Assembly: GCA_001303415.1 (NCBI GenBank)
Contig: LJTN01000010.1
Location: forward strand, 2,140 to 66,139
Direction: 5' to 3'
Length of the DNA: 64,000 nt
From: Myxococcales bacterium SG8_38
GTDB lineage: Bacteria; Myxococcota_A; Polyangia; Polyangiales; Houyiibacteriaceae
The translations under genes were made by a program, and so were the position numbers. Position 1 is the stretch's first letter. Each line of letters opens with the position of its first letter. Of the stretch, positions 17,753 through 27,180 are shown piece by piece. A model generated the notes under the pieces. That model was given only the letters and a program-made list of their open reading frames with translations. It searched no databases and was not told the origin of the DNA.

Positions 17753-18712
17753 TCAGGTGACGGTGTAACGGTCCATCTCGGCCTCCAGACGCCGAAGGAA
17801 GGTCTGATGGTCCGGTCGATCCTGGCGTTGCCATCGGATCTCTTCGTAGGCGGGGACGTCGGGGTTCTGATACACGAGACCCATGGGGGCCGGGTCCGCG
17901 GTGACCGCCACCCGCTGCGCCTCGTTGATATCGCGATGATCGTGGGCTTGCACGGCGCCGCGCTTGCGGAGCAAAGGGTGGATGGGGATACCATCCGCGT
18001 GCTCGAGGAACACCACCGGAAAGTTCAAGCCGCCCTCGCCAAAGGCCTTGGGCATGAACACCGGGCAACGCTGGAGGATGCGGACGAAGGAAAGCCCGTG
18101 ATGGTCCCACGCCTTGTCGATCGTCTCGTCGAGATGCGCGGGCAGCCAGGTGGCGGTCTGGGCCACGAAGGAAATGTTGGTCATGCCCATCACGGCGCTG
18201 AGCGGATTCAACGGGTGAAGATAGGTGCCTCTCGGGGTGGTGTTGGTCTTCCATCCGTCCGGCGTCGTGGGCGATGCCTGCATTTTGGTCAGCGCATAAA
18301 CTTCGTTGTCCAGCACCAACACCACGGCGTTGATGTTGTAGCGGATGGCGTGCAACCAATGGTTGCCGCCGATGCTGAAACAGTCGCCGTCGCCCATGAT
18401 CACGATGACGGGGAGCTCAGGACGCGAGAGGCGGACGCCGGTGGCGATGGGCAGAGCGCGGCCGTGGATTCCGTGGAACCCGTAGGTCTTCAAATAGTGG
18501 GGCAGGCGGCTCGAGCAGCCGATGCCGGACACCGAAACGACGTTTTCCGGATCGACGTTGTTCTTTCGTAGCACGCGTTGGAGCGCTGCCAGCACACCGT
18601 GGTCGCCGCAGCCCTTGCACCAGCGGGGCGGCTCGGCTTCGTAGTCTTCGAGGGAATGCGTCTCGATCGCGCACACCTCGAGAAGGCTTTCCTCGGCAAG
18701 CATGGATACCAT
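17753..18712 (-). CDS. korB: 2-oxoacid:ferredoxin oxidoreductase beta subunit
   Basis: WCKGCGDHG, GIGCSSR, IVIMGDGDCFSIGGNH...LDNEVYALTK (TPP motif). GAGGGAG SD. ATGA overlap with korA. Confidence 0.9.
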   Translation of the reverse strand: MVSMLAEESLLEVCAIETHSLEDYEAEPPRWCKGCGDHGVLAALQRVLRKNNVDPENVVSVSGIGCSSRLPHYLKTYGFHGIHGRALPIATGVRLSRPELPVIVIMGDGDCFSIGGNHWLHAIRYNINAVVLVLDNEVYALTKMQASPTTPDGWKTNTTPRGTYLHPLNPLSAVMGMTNISFVAQTATWLPAHLDETIDKAWDHHGLSFVRILQRCPVFMPKAFGEGGLNFPVVFLEHADGIPIHPLLRKRGAVQAHDHRDINEAQRVAVTADPAPMGLVYQNPDVPAYEEIRWQRQDRPDHQTFLRRLEAEMDRYTVT

Positions 18713-20619
18713 CAGTTCACTCCCTCGTTTGCGGCGCGCGCGGGGCCCGGAGCTGCCAGGGCCGGCTGAACGTCAAGGACGCGTTTGATTTCGTCTAGGA
18801 TCTCCACCGGCATATAGGGGCGTCCGGGAACCTTGGCGAAGCAATCGACGTCGATCAAAGTCGCCGCGCGCAAAAGCCAGGCCAATTGGCCGTAGCGGCG
18901 GTTTTCTTCCGTGATGAGAGGGTCGCTCCAGTCGTCGCTGTAGTTGAGCTCCACGGTGGTGACTCGCCGAAATCTCCGGAAGATGTTCTTGAGGCCAGGA
19001 GGCAGGGGGCTCAAAAACTGAATGTGGACCGAGGAAACTGCGAGGCCCTCGGCACGCGCCATGTCCACGGCTTCTTCGACCGCACCCCGAGTGCTTCCCC
19101 AACCCACTAGCAGAAGGTCGCCCTCCGAGGCTCCGTGTACGGTCGGCGGCTTGAGGCTCTGCTGCAGGGTGGCGAGCTTCCGGCTGCGCATGGCATGGCC
19201 GCGCTCGTTCCGCTCGGAGTCGTAGCAAGCCTTGCCGTCGCGATCGTGGTTGAGTGACGTCGTCACGCCCATTCCGCCCGGCTGGCCGGGAATGAGGCGT
19301 TGCGAAAGCCCCGTGGTTGGATCCCAGTCATAAGGAAGCGTTCCGAGGGGGACCGGGCTGAGGTCGAGCGGGGGACGCGGTGGGGTTTTCGAGACATCGG
19401 GACGATCGAAGAGCTGCTGACCAGTGGCGAGATTGGCGTCGGAAAGAACGATCACCAACATTCGGAGCTCCTCCGCGATCTTCCGCGCAACGGACAAGAT
19501 GTAGTAGCACTCTTCGACGGTGCTCGGTGCGATGACCACCTTGGGTGCATCGCCGGGCGCCCCGTAGAGCGCGTGGAGCAGATCCGATTGCTCGATCTTC
19601 GTGGGCAACCCGGTGCTGGGCCCGCCTCTCTGCACATCGACGATGACCAGTGGTGTCTCGGTCATCACCGCCAGGCCCTGGAACTCCGTCTTTAGGGCCA
19701 TACCAGGCCCCGAGGTGATGGTCAGGGCGGTCTTACCGGCGTAGGACGCGCCCAAGGCCACGCCGATCGCGGCGATCTCGTCTTCGGCCTGATGCACGAA
19801 TCCGCCGAAGTCTTCGAAGATCTCGGATAAGGAGTGCGAAGCCGAAGTCGCCGGGGTGATCGGGTACATGGAACAGAGCTCGAACCCAGCGGAGATGGCG
19901 CCAAGGGCGAGCGCGGTATTGCCGTTCATCGCGACTTTCGGCACTTCGCTCTGCGAGGAAGGGATTTCGAAGCACTCCTCGAGGTGGGCCATTCCGTATT
20001 GATGACCGGCGGCCGCAAGCTTTACCGCGACCTCCACGACCTGCTGAGTCTTGTCTTTGAAGATGCCGCGTATCACCTCGTCGAGCACGTTCGGGTCTTT
20101 GCTGTAGAGGGCGCATAGAAGGCCCACCGCAAACATGTTCTTCCCGCGTTGCGCGTCTTCGACGTGACGAAGGGTCTCCTTTTCCAAGGGCACTTCAATG
20201 ATCTTCGCCGCTCCGGAGCGGAATCGGTCGAGCACCTCGCGATAAGATCGTCGATACTGCTCCATCTCGTGGGTCGCCCATTGATCGTCGATCAGCACGA
20301 GAACGTCATCGGCCAGACTATTTGCCTCGAGACGCGAGAGCAGCGCCATCTCGTTGAAAGCCAGCACCACGTTCGCACGGTTGCCCGCATTGGTGACCCG
20401 GCTTCGCTCGGCAAGGCGGATTCGATTGCCGCTCGCGCTTCCGGTGGTGTGGGGTGGAGGTCGAATCTCGGACGGAATGATCTCCACGGTCCAAAGACCG
20501 TTCCCCGCCTTGGCGCAGAGTTGGGCAAAAGCGACGGCTGCTTTCTGGGCGCCTTCGCCGGCGTCACTGACGATCTCGAGTGTGTGCTCTGGGAGGCGGA
20601 TTCGGCGCGGGCCGGGCAT
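18712..20619 (-). CDS. korA: 2-oxoacid:ferredoxin oxidoreductase alpha subunit (gamma-alpha fused)
   Basis: N-terminal POR gamma domain (GEGAQKAA), then alpha/Pyr domain (MYPITPATS, QAEDEIAAIG, SGPGMALK). ATG 20619 is preceded by GGAGGA. Trimmed from ORF 18712-20673. Confidence 0.9.
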   Translation of the reverse strand: MPGPRRIRLPEHTLEIVSDAGEGAQKAAVAFAQLCAKAGNGLWTVEIIPSEIRPPPHTTGSASGNRIRLAERSRVTNAGNRANVVLAFNEMALLSRLEANSLADDVLVLIDDQWATHEMEQYRRSYREVLDRFRSGAAKIIEVPLEKETLRHVEDAQRGKNMFAVGLLCALYSKDPNVLDEVIRGIFKDKTQQVVEVAVKLAAAGHQYGMAHLEECFEIPSSQSEVPKVAMNGNTALALGAISAGFELCSMYPITPATSASHSLSEIFEDFGGFVHQAEDEIAAIGVALGASYAGKTALTITSGPGMALKTEFQGLAVMTETPLVIVDVQRGGPSTGLPTKIEQSDLLHALYGAPGDAPKVVIAPSTVEECYYILSVARKIAEELRMLVIVLSDANLATGQQLFDRPDVSKTPPRPPLDLSPVPLGTLPYDWDPTTGLSQRLIPGQPGGMGVTTSLNHDRDGKACYDSERNERGHAMRSRKLATLQQSLKPPTVHGASEGDLLLVGWGSTRGAVEEAVDMARAEGLAVSSVHIQFLSPLPPGLKNIFRRFRRVTTVELNYSDDWSDPLITEENRRYGQLAWLLRAATLIDVDCFAKVPGRPYMPVEILDEIKRVLDVQPALAAPGPARAANEGVN

Positions 20620-20879
20620 GGGCTTCCTCCGATTGGTGGGAGAGCATGTATCACGAGCGTGCCGGGGTCCCAAGCCGGGCGCTCCCCGCGCCTCCGGCCG
20701 GGACGCGCGGCGGAGCCCTCACACATGGGGATGATGGACCCCCGTTGGTTGTGAGGCCGATGACATCAGCGGCCCTCTCGACGAAGGAAGCCGTCGCTTT
20801 TGTGCTGCGTAGTTTTCGGTTTTGCGAGAGCATCGGACCTTCCCCCATTCATCGCCGAGCAAGTGCCCCGGTCAGACAG

Positions 20880-21365
20880 ATGAGCAGCAACCTCCTCACC
20901 TCGCGTTCCAAGAGAGCATCGATGGCCCTGCTCGCCTCGTTCCTGCTGGGGGCCTTCTCCGTGACTGCGCATGCAGGCGGCCCCGAGCCCGAAGAGCCAG
21001 GGCCCATCGTGCTCGCGCAAGCCGACCGCATCCTCGGGCATTGGCAGCGAGGGCAGGGCGAGGCGATCATCGAGGTCAAGCGCGACGCGGGAGTCTATCG
21101 CGGCGTGATCGTCTGGAGTCAGCGCCGCCCTGAGGCGGTCGGCACCGAGGTGTTCCGGGAGCTTCGCTACGATCCGCGGAAGCAAGCCTGGGAGGGCCGA
21201 GCCTATTCCATCGATCGCGGGCGCGAAGTGCGCATCGACATCGTGGCCCCCGGGCGCGACGAGCTGGAGCTCACGGCCCATGTGCTGATCTTCAAGCGTC
21301 GCGTGGGCTTCAAGCGCGTACCCAGCTCGGAGGCAGCCGCTCGCCGAACCGAGCAGGGGCTTTGA
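20880..21365 (+). CDS. Secreted DUF2147-like protein
   Basis: Signal peptide (MALLASFLLGAFSVTAHA) and the pattern GHWQ...IIEVKRDAGVYRGVIVW...WEGRAYSIDRG typical of DUF2147. Start chosen at ATG 20880. Confidence 0.6.
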   Translation: MSSNLLTSRSKRASMALLASFLLGAFSVTAHAGGPEPEEPGPIVLAQADRILGHWQRGQGEAIIEVKRDAGVYRGVIVWSQRRPEAVGTEVFRELRYDPRKQAWEGRAYSIDRGREVRIDIVAPGRDELELTAHVLIFKRRVGFKRVPSSEAAARRTEQGL

Positions 21366-21462
21366 CCCTGCCTCGGGGGAAAGGCGCTCGGGCCGACCCG
21401 GTCCGGACGATTTGGGGGGCGCCATCCGAAACCGCTATCCTGATCTCACGGGGGACCTCGAG

Positions 21463-22812
21463 ATGATTCGTACGCTTGGCTTTCAGACGGCGCGCAACGC
21501 TTGCGTCGTGATCGTGGGTTGGATCTTCATGGGCTGTGGGGGCTCGGACCCAGGCGCAGGAGGTGGCGGCGCCGGTGGGACCGGTGGCTCGAGCGGCGGA
21601 TGCACCGTCACCGCGCAGTGCGTGGCTCCCCAGGTCTGCGAGCCCGTCACGCAGACCTGCGTCACGCCGCTGGCCTCTTGCACAGGCCACGCGGAGTGTA
21701 CCGGCGGCACCTACTGCGAGGTGACGGAGAATGTCTGCCTCCCCTCGTCGCTCGGCGCCCCGTGCGCAGGTCCGGAGAACTGCAATGGAGAGTGCGTCGA
21801 CGGTTTTTGCGGCTGTAGCGGTGTGGCCCACGAAAGGCAGCTCGAAACAAGCCCGCTCGACATTTATCTCGTTCTCGATCGCACGGGCAGTATGGGCACG
21901 GACTGCGCGTACGTCCCAGGCGCCTCCCCGCCCGTGAGCTCGAAGGCATGCTTTGCCACCTATGCGCTTGCCGACTACCTGATCGAAGTCTCGCCCGCCG
22001 TCGATACGACGCTTGCGTTCAACGTCATGTCCCTGTCGAACGATTGCACCGGCGCGAGCTATGATCCTGCGCTCATCGCAAAGACCTCCCTTCCCGTCAC
22101 GTCCGACAGCGCATTGGTACAGAGGATCAGCGACGAGAATTTCAGTGGTGGATACGGCACCCGTATCGAAGGCGCGCTTCGGGGTATCGCTAACTACGCG
22201 GTCAATAATGAGGTCCAAGGACGTGAGATGATCGGCGTCCTCATCACCGACGGAGACGCCACCAACTGCAACACCAACAACACCTATCTCGCCGGAATCA
22301 TCGCGGACCACCTCGCGAATACGGGCATGCGAACTTTCATCATCGGCATGGAAGGAGCCAGCGAAGACAAGCTCGAGGAGCTCGCAGCAGCGGGCGGCGC
22401 AGAGCCGCACGATGACTTCTGCGGAGGCCTCACTCCGCCCTGTCACTACTGGAATGTCGGGGACGCCTCCGGTGACGTCCTTGCCAATGCGTTGCAGGCG
22501 ATCTCCGAGCAGGCAGTGCCGTTGCCGTGCGAAATCGACGTCACGGGTCTGACGCCGCCCGAGGGGGAAGTGCTCGACTATGGGCGGGTCAACGTGACTC
22601 TCACCCAAGGCGAGAGCGTGACGACCATCCCGCAGGTAGGCAGTCCGGCTGTGTGCCCTGCCGACCAGCTCGCCTGGTACTACGATGTCCCGGCCGCGCC
22701 GACCAAGATCAACCTGTGCCCGAACGCCTGCGACACCGTGACCGCGGCCGGTGACGGCGCAAAGCTCAACGTCGTCGCCGGGTGCACGGATACCGTAATC
22801 ATCGTGCAGTGA
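21463..22812 (+). CDS. Lipoprotein with Cys-rich repeats and a von Willebrand factor A domain
   Basis: Lipobox-like IFMGC, Gly-rich linker, repeated C-x-C-rich modules, MIDAS-like LDRTGSMG and LITDGDATNC. Confidence 0.75.
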   Translation: MIRTLGFQTARNACVVIVGWIFMGCGGSDPGAGGGGAGGTGGSSGGCTVTAQCVAPQVCEPVTQTCVTPLASCTGHAECTGGTYCEVTENVCLPSSLGAPCAGPENCNGECVDGFCGCSGVAHERQLETSPLDIYLVLDRTGSMGTDCAYVPGASPPVSSKACFATYALADYLIEVSPAVDTTLAFNVMSLSNDCTGASYDPALIAKTSLPVTSDSALVQRISDENFSGGYGTRIEGALRGIANYAVNNEVQGREMIGVLITDGDATNCNTNNTYLAGIIADHLANTGMRTFIIGMEGASEDKLEELAAAGGAEPHDDFCGGLTPPCHYWNVGDASGDVLANALQAISEQAVPLPCEIDVTGLTPPEGEVLDYGRVNVTLTQGESVTTIPQVGSPAVCPADQLAWYYDVPAAPTKINLCPNACDTVTAAGDGAKLNVVAGCTDTVIIVQ

Positions 22813-22836
22813 GGGGGCCGGACACTGGTTCGTTCT

Positions 22837-24642
22837 CTAGGGCGCCACTTCGCAAGGAAACGACTCCACTCCTTCGATGACCTCGACGAAGTCACCTTCT
22901 TCGACGCGGCTTTGAAGCGTATCGGGCTCGGTCACCGCTCGCCAGAACCAGTCACGCATCACCTCACCGTCGACTTCCCCGACCCACAGCTCCGGACGGA
23001 TCGAGACCACGTGGACGCTCTCGCTCGAAACGCTCGTGTAGTAGTAGTTGATGCCGTTCAGGTCTTTCGTGTCGCAGTAGCTCTGGCGCATAGTGTTGAT
23101 GAACGTGGCTTCGTCGTCGAAAAAGGAATCGCGCTGCTGCGTGTTGTCCTTCTGGTTGCTCAGAATTAGAAACTGTTGCTCGGGAACCTGCTTGAGCCTG
23201 GGGGAGATGGCCTCATAGAGGACGGGGCCGAGCGCGCAGTCCCCCGCGAAGCAATATGGCGGCAAGTTGGGCATCGCTCCCCACGCCGGGACCTTGAGCA
23301 CCCCGAGCCCGCGGACGCCGAGGACCTCTCCGTTGTCGAGCGCGCCACCCGCGTCGGGGAAAGCCGCGGTCCTCGGCCACTGCAAGTCGTCGAGGAGCCA
23401 GTGGTAGTTGTAGAGCGTCCCATATCCCCCCGCCGACCAGCCCCCGAACAACGCAATGAGCTCATCGGGACGGAATCCAGCGCCTCCTTCTTCGTCCATG
23501 AGCTTCCAGATCACGTCCCGCACCATTCGAACGGCCGCTCGGAGATTGACCGAGCCATAGCGGGGGAGTTGGAGCGCGCCCAGCTCCTCGGTCACACCGC
23601 CGCCCGCGAACACGTCTTGATTGCAGTAGGGCAAGAAGACCTTGGTCCAGTCGGCGAAGGGGCTCTCGGCAGGGTCATTGGAGGCAATGCCACCGGCGGC
23701 GGGCGGCTCGTTGTCGAGGGCATTGAAGAGTTGGGGATTGCTCTCAAAGCGCGCGCCGCAATCCTCTTCGAAGGCGCAGACCCCGCCTCCCTCGAGCCCG
23801 ATGATGATTCGGTCGAGACGCTCGCCCTCCGGCGCCAGGCGAACCTGAAACGCATACGGGGTTCCATCGCCGCACAACGTGCCCCACTTGTCACCGTCGA
23901 CCACGACCTGCACGTATTCGCCTCGCGGAGCTTCGAAATCCGCATTGGAAGGCCCACATGACAGAGCGAGCGAGCCCGTGTCCGCATGACCGGTGGCGGT
24001 GATGCAATCGACTTGATGGACTGCACGATCGACATAGGTCGAAGGACTGACCGCGATGAGCGCCGCGAGGTCTTGGCAAGCTGCTTCGATGTCGCTCACG
24101 GCACTGTCTATCAGCGCTTGACGTTCGGCTGCGACAGCCGCGTCGCTGCACTCGCCGCTGGCAAGGCAGGTGTTGATCGCTGCCAAGGCCTCGTCCACCA
24201 TCGTGGAGATCGTCTGATGCGCACTTGCCAAGCATGCCTGCTCGTCATCGCTGGTTTCCAGCCAGACGGCGCCTTGAGGCCCTCCGTACGTTCGCCATGC
24301 AAGCGAGGCTGATTCGGAGGAACAGGCGTTTTGAAGCCGTCCCACCACCGCGTCCACCGACAGCGACCCGAAGTCTCCGTCTGCGCAGTTCGACTCGACC
24401 GTCTGCGCGAGCGCGACCAAGGCGGCCGTGACGTTCGGGTCATCCGATTGGCAAGCGGCGTCGCTGCTCTGATAGCAAGCCTCTACGGCTTCGTTGAGCT
24501 CTCCGATGCAGACGCGAAGCGCCTCCGGCGCGGTCGTGACGCAGGCAGTGGTCGTCGCGTTGTCATCGCTATCGCAGCCGGATGCCGGAATTGCGAGAAG
24601 CATCGTTGCATGAAGGAAGGGTAGCCAAGTCTGGTGTCGCAT
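22837..24642 (-). CDS. Lipoprotein with C-terminal pectin acetylesterase/Notum-like hydrolase domain
   Basis: Lipobox IPASGC. LEGGGVCAFEEDC, FLPYCNQDVFAGG and GGWSAGGYG match the PAE family pattern. Start at ATG 24642. Confidence 0.6.
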   Translation of the reverse strand: MRHQTWLPFLHATMLLAIPASGCDSDDNATTTACVTTAPEALRVCIGELNEAVEACYQSSDAACQSDDPNVTAALVALAQTVESNCADGDFGSLSVDAVVGRLQNACSSESASLAWRTYGGPQGAVWLETSDDEQACLASAHQTISTMVDEALAAINTCLASGECSDAAVAAERQALIDSAVSDIEAACQDLAALIAVSPSTYVDRAVHQVDCITATGHADTGSLALSCGPSNADFEAPRGEYVQVVVDGDKWGTLCGDGTPYAFQVRLAPEGERLDRIIIGLEGGGVCAFEEDCGARFESNPQLFNALDNEPPAAGGIASNDPAESPFADWTKVFLPYCNQDVFAGGGVTEELGALQLPRYGSVNLRAAVRMVRDVIWKLMDEEGGAGFRPDELIALFGGWSAGGYGTLYNYHWLLDDLQWPRTAAFPDAGGALDNGEVLGVRGLGVLKVPAWGAMPNLPPYCFAGDCALGPVLYEAISPRLKQVPEQQFLILSNQKDNTQQRDSFFDDEATFINTMRQSYCDTKDLNGINYYYTSVSSESVHVVSIRPELWVGEVDGEVMRDWFWRAVTEPDTLQSRVEEGDFVEVIEGVESFPCEVAP

Positions 24643-24820
24643 GGCGCGGAAGACTATCACGGGTCTGAGGACCTGGGCGGGGCTAAATCGCAGTCGCAGC
24701 GGACGCTTGCCGAGTCGCCGTGAACCGCCGCCAGATCGGCGGGGCAGTCTGCGCGCGAGCAAGTGACAAGGGCGCACCACGTGAATAGGCTACGGCCAGG
24801 CTTGTCGGAGGTGTTTCGTG

Positions 24821-25729
24821 ATGAATCGATGTTTCAATCTAGTCCTGGGCGTGCTCGTGATCCTCGTTGGGTGTGAATCCAGCTCGTCCGAGCCGTCGCG
24901 GGGCTGCGGGACGGACATCGCCGTGGGCGAGGTTCAGGGATTCGGGACGCAGATACCAACGAGGACGGAGGGGATTGTTTTCGACGCGGCGGGCAATCTC
25001 TTCGTCTCGGCGATCAGCACTCAAACGGATGACCAATTGCTCTCCATCGCCTTGGACGGCACCCCCACCTTGGTGACGGAAGCCACGTCGATCCTCGGTC
25101 TGGAAAGTCACGCAAACGGGATCCTCGCGGCTGGGTTCGAGACGGGTCAGCTGTTGCTGATCGACCCGGCGGATGGCTCCATCGACGTCATTGCGGAGAA
25201 CCTCGGCGCACCCAATTTCGTGGTCACGACGCCGTGGGGCACGATCCTGGTTTCGGACGACTCCCGCAGGCAGGACTCGATCGACGAAGTGACCTGGGAC
25301 GGACAAGTGTCCACATGGGTGCAGGGTGTGCCGACGCCCAATGGAATGGTGTTCTCGCTCGACCAACGCACACTTTACGTTGCAACCACCTTGGAAGAGC
25401 CGGGGCTCTGGAGAGTGCCCGTGTCTGAAGACGGGCAGGCCGGCACGCCGACGAAATGGGTTGCCTTCGAGCTCACGACACCGGACGGCGTCGCGATCGA
25501 CAGCGAGGGCAACGTGTATGTTGCGCTCAACACGACAGGCGAGATCGCCAAGGTCGATTCGGAGGGCAACGTGACCACCGTCGCCGAGGGAGTCGACTGG
25601 GTGGCGAGCTTGGCTTTCGGCCAAGGAGAGCTCGACCCCTGCTCGATCTACGCCACGAGCCTCTTTGATACGCAGCTCGACACCCAGCTCTGGCGCGTCG
25701 GCGTCGGCACGCTTGGAGTCGAGAAGTGA
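24821..25729 (+). CDS. SMP-30/gluconolactonase/LRE-like beta-propeller lipoprotein
   Basis: Lipobox ILVGC. Repeated EGIVFDAAGNLFVS, PNGMVFSLDQRTLYVA and PDGVAIDSEGNVYVA blades. Confidence 0.65.
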   Translation: MNRCFNLVLGVLVILVGCESSSSEPSRGCGTDIAVGEVQGFGTQIPTRTEGIVFDAAGNLFVSAISTQTDDQLLSIALDGTPTLVTEATSILGLESHANGILAAGFETGQLLLIDPADGSIDVIAENLGAPNFVVTTPWGTILVSDDSRRQDSIDEVTWDGQVSTWVQGVPTPNGMVFSLDQRTLYVATTLEEPGLWRVPVSEDGQAGTPTKWVAFELTTPDGVAIDSEGNVYVALNTTGEIAKVDSEGNVTTVAEGVDWVASLAFGQGELDPCSIYATSLFDTQLDTQLWRVGVGTLGVEK

Positions 25730-25842
25730 GTCCATGCCGCACCGCGGCGACGACTGTTGCGACGCGGTAAATCGCGACGGTGCGGTGCGCATCCACGGAG
25801 CGCGCGAGTGAATTCAAACCCCCATCGGGTATAAGGGTACAG

Positions 25843-26844
25843 ATGACGACGAGCACGCGGGCTGTCGGTGTCGCGCTGACCGTCGACTTGGTGATCGTCA
25901 TTGCCAAATCGGTGGCCGCGCTTCTCACCGGTTCGATCGCGATTTTCGCCGAGGTCGTGCATTCACTCGCGGACGTCGTAAACCAGCTACTCTTGGTGGT
26001 AGGAATCGTGCGCTCCGAACGCTCGCCCGACTCGAAGTTTCCATACGGGTTTGGCCGGTCTCGCTACGTCTGGGCGTTGCTTTCTGCGGCCGGGGTGCTG
26101 TTCGTCGGCAGTGGCGTGACGATCGTCCGTGGAGCGCAACAGGTGTGGTCTCCTGAGCCGCTCTCTCACCTCGATTGGGGATTCTTGATTTTGCTCGGCT
26201 CGCTTGCCGCGGAAAGCATGTCGCTCGGAGTTGGTCTTGCGGCGGTTCGGCGTGCCGCAAGGCAAACGGATCAGTCGGTCTGGAACTATCTCAAGGGCGG
26301 GCCGGACCCGATGGGCGTGGCCGTCGTTCTCGAGGATGGCTCCGCAGTCCTCGGTGTCGGGATTGCCTTGGCTGGGATCGGGTTGACACGCCTCACGGGC
26401 AACCCGGCTTGGGATGGCGCAGCGTCCTTGGCTATCGGCGTGCTGCTCGGCGGGACCGCGGTCTTCTTGATCGATCGAAACCGGCGCTTCCTCCTCGGCC
26501 CGGCTCCTCCACCGGAAGCCGTCGAACGGATGATTGCCGTGCTCGAGGAAGATCCCATCATCGATCGGATCCGTGACGTGAAGGTCTCGCAGCTGGGAGC
26601 AGAGGAGGTTCGTTTCAAGGCGGAAATTGCCTTCAACGGCCGCGCCCTCGCGCAACAGTTGTTGGCGGGTAGAGACCTCGACGCCACGTGGGCGGGCCTC
26701 GACGGCCCAAAGGCCCTCGAACGTCTGCTGGTCGAATTCGGCGCGGAGGTGACCGACGCAGTAGGTGACTCGGTGGACCGAATCGAGGAGCGGTTGGCCG
26801 AAGCGGTTCCGGAGGCCCGCCACGTCGATCTGGAGCCCGATTGA
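25843..26844 (+). CDS. Cation diffusion facilitator family transporter
   Basis: Six TM helices with HSLADVVNQ in TM2, a FPYGFGR loop and a C-terminal cytoplasmic dimerisation domain. ATG 25843. Confidence 0.85.
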   Translation: MTTSTRAVGVALTVDLVIVIAKSVAALLTGSIAIFAEVVHSLADVVNQLLLVVGIVRSERSPDSKFPYGFGRSRYVWALLSAAGVLFVGSGVTIVRGAQQVWSPEPLSHLDWGFLILLGSLAAESMSLGVGLAAVRRAARQTDQSVWNYLKGGPDPMGVAVVLEDGSAVLGVGIALAGIGLTRLTGNPAWDGAASLAIGVLLGGTAVFLIDRNRRFLLGPAPPPEAVERMIAVLEEDPIIDRIRDVKVSQLGAEEVRFKAEIAFNGRALAQQLLAGRDLDATWAGLDGPKALERLLVEFGAEVTDAVGDSVDRIEERLAEAVPEARHVDLEPD

Positions 26845-27116
26845 CGCGTGCTTTTGCCTGCCGGATGCTACGGTCGCTCGACGCGGATCGACCAAGGGCC
26901 GCCGGTGGCGGGGCCGTAGAGAAGCGTGCCCCCGAACCAGGACGCCGCCTCGACGTTTCCAAGCCCAGCTGAGTCGACTAGGAGGGCTGCAGGGTCTGCG
27001 GTTGGGACGAAGAGCTCCAGAATTTCGCGAGCGAGCGGGGTACGGCGGGTCTGGTGGGCACCGCGACCCCCCACATGTCGCCCCCGGCCTTGCCCGCCTT
27101 CCTCGACAACCCCGAC

Positions 27117-27180
27117 GGAGCTGCTACTGTAGCTCCTTGAACGCCCTCTTCTAGGGCGCGGCAGCTCACCGTGGGCTGCC
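27117..27180. other. Three consecutive GC-rich stem-loops in a 567-bp intergenic region
   Basis: GGAGCTGC-TACT-GTAGCTCC (27117-27136), CGCCCT-CTTCT-AGGGCG (27142-27158), GGCAGC-N9-GCTGCC (27160-27180). Confidence 0.3.
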
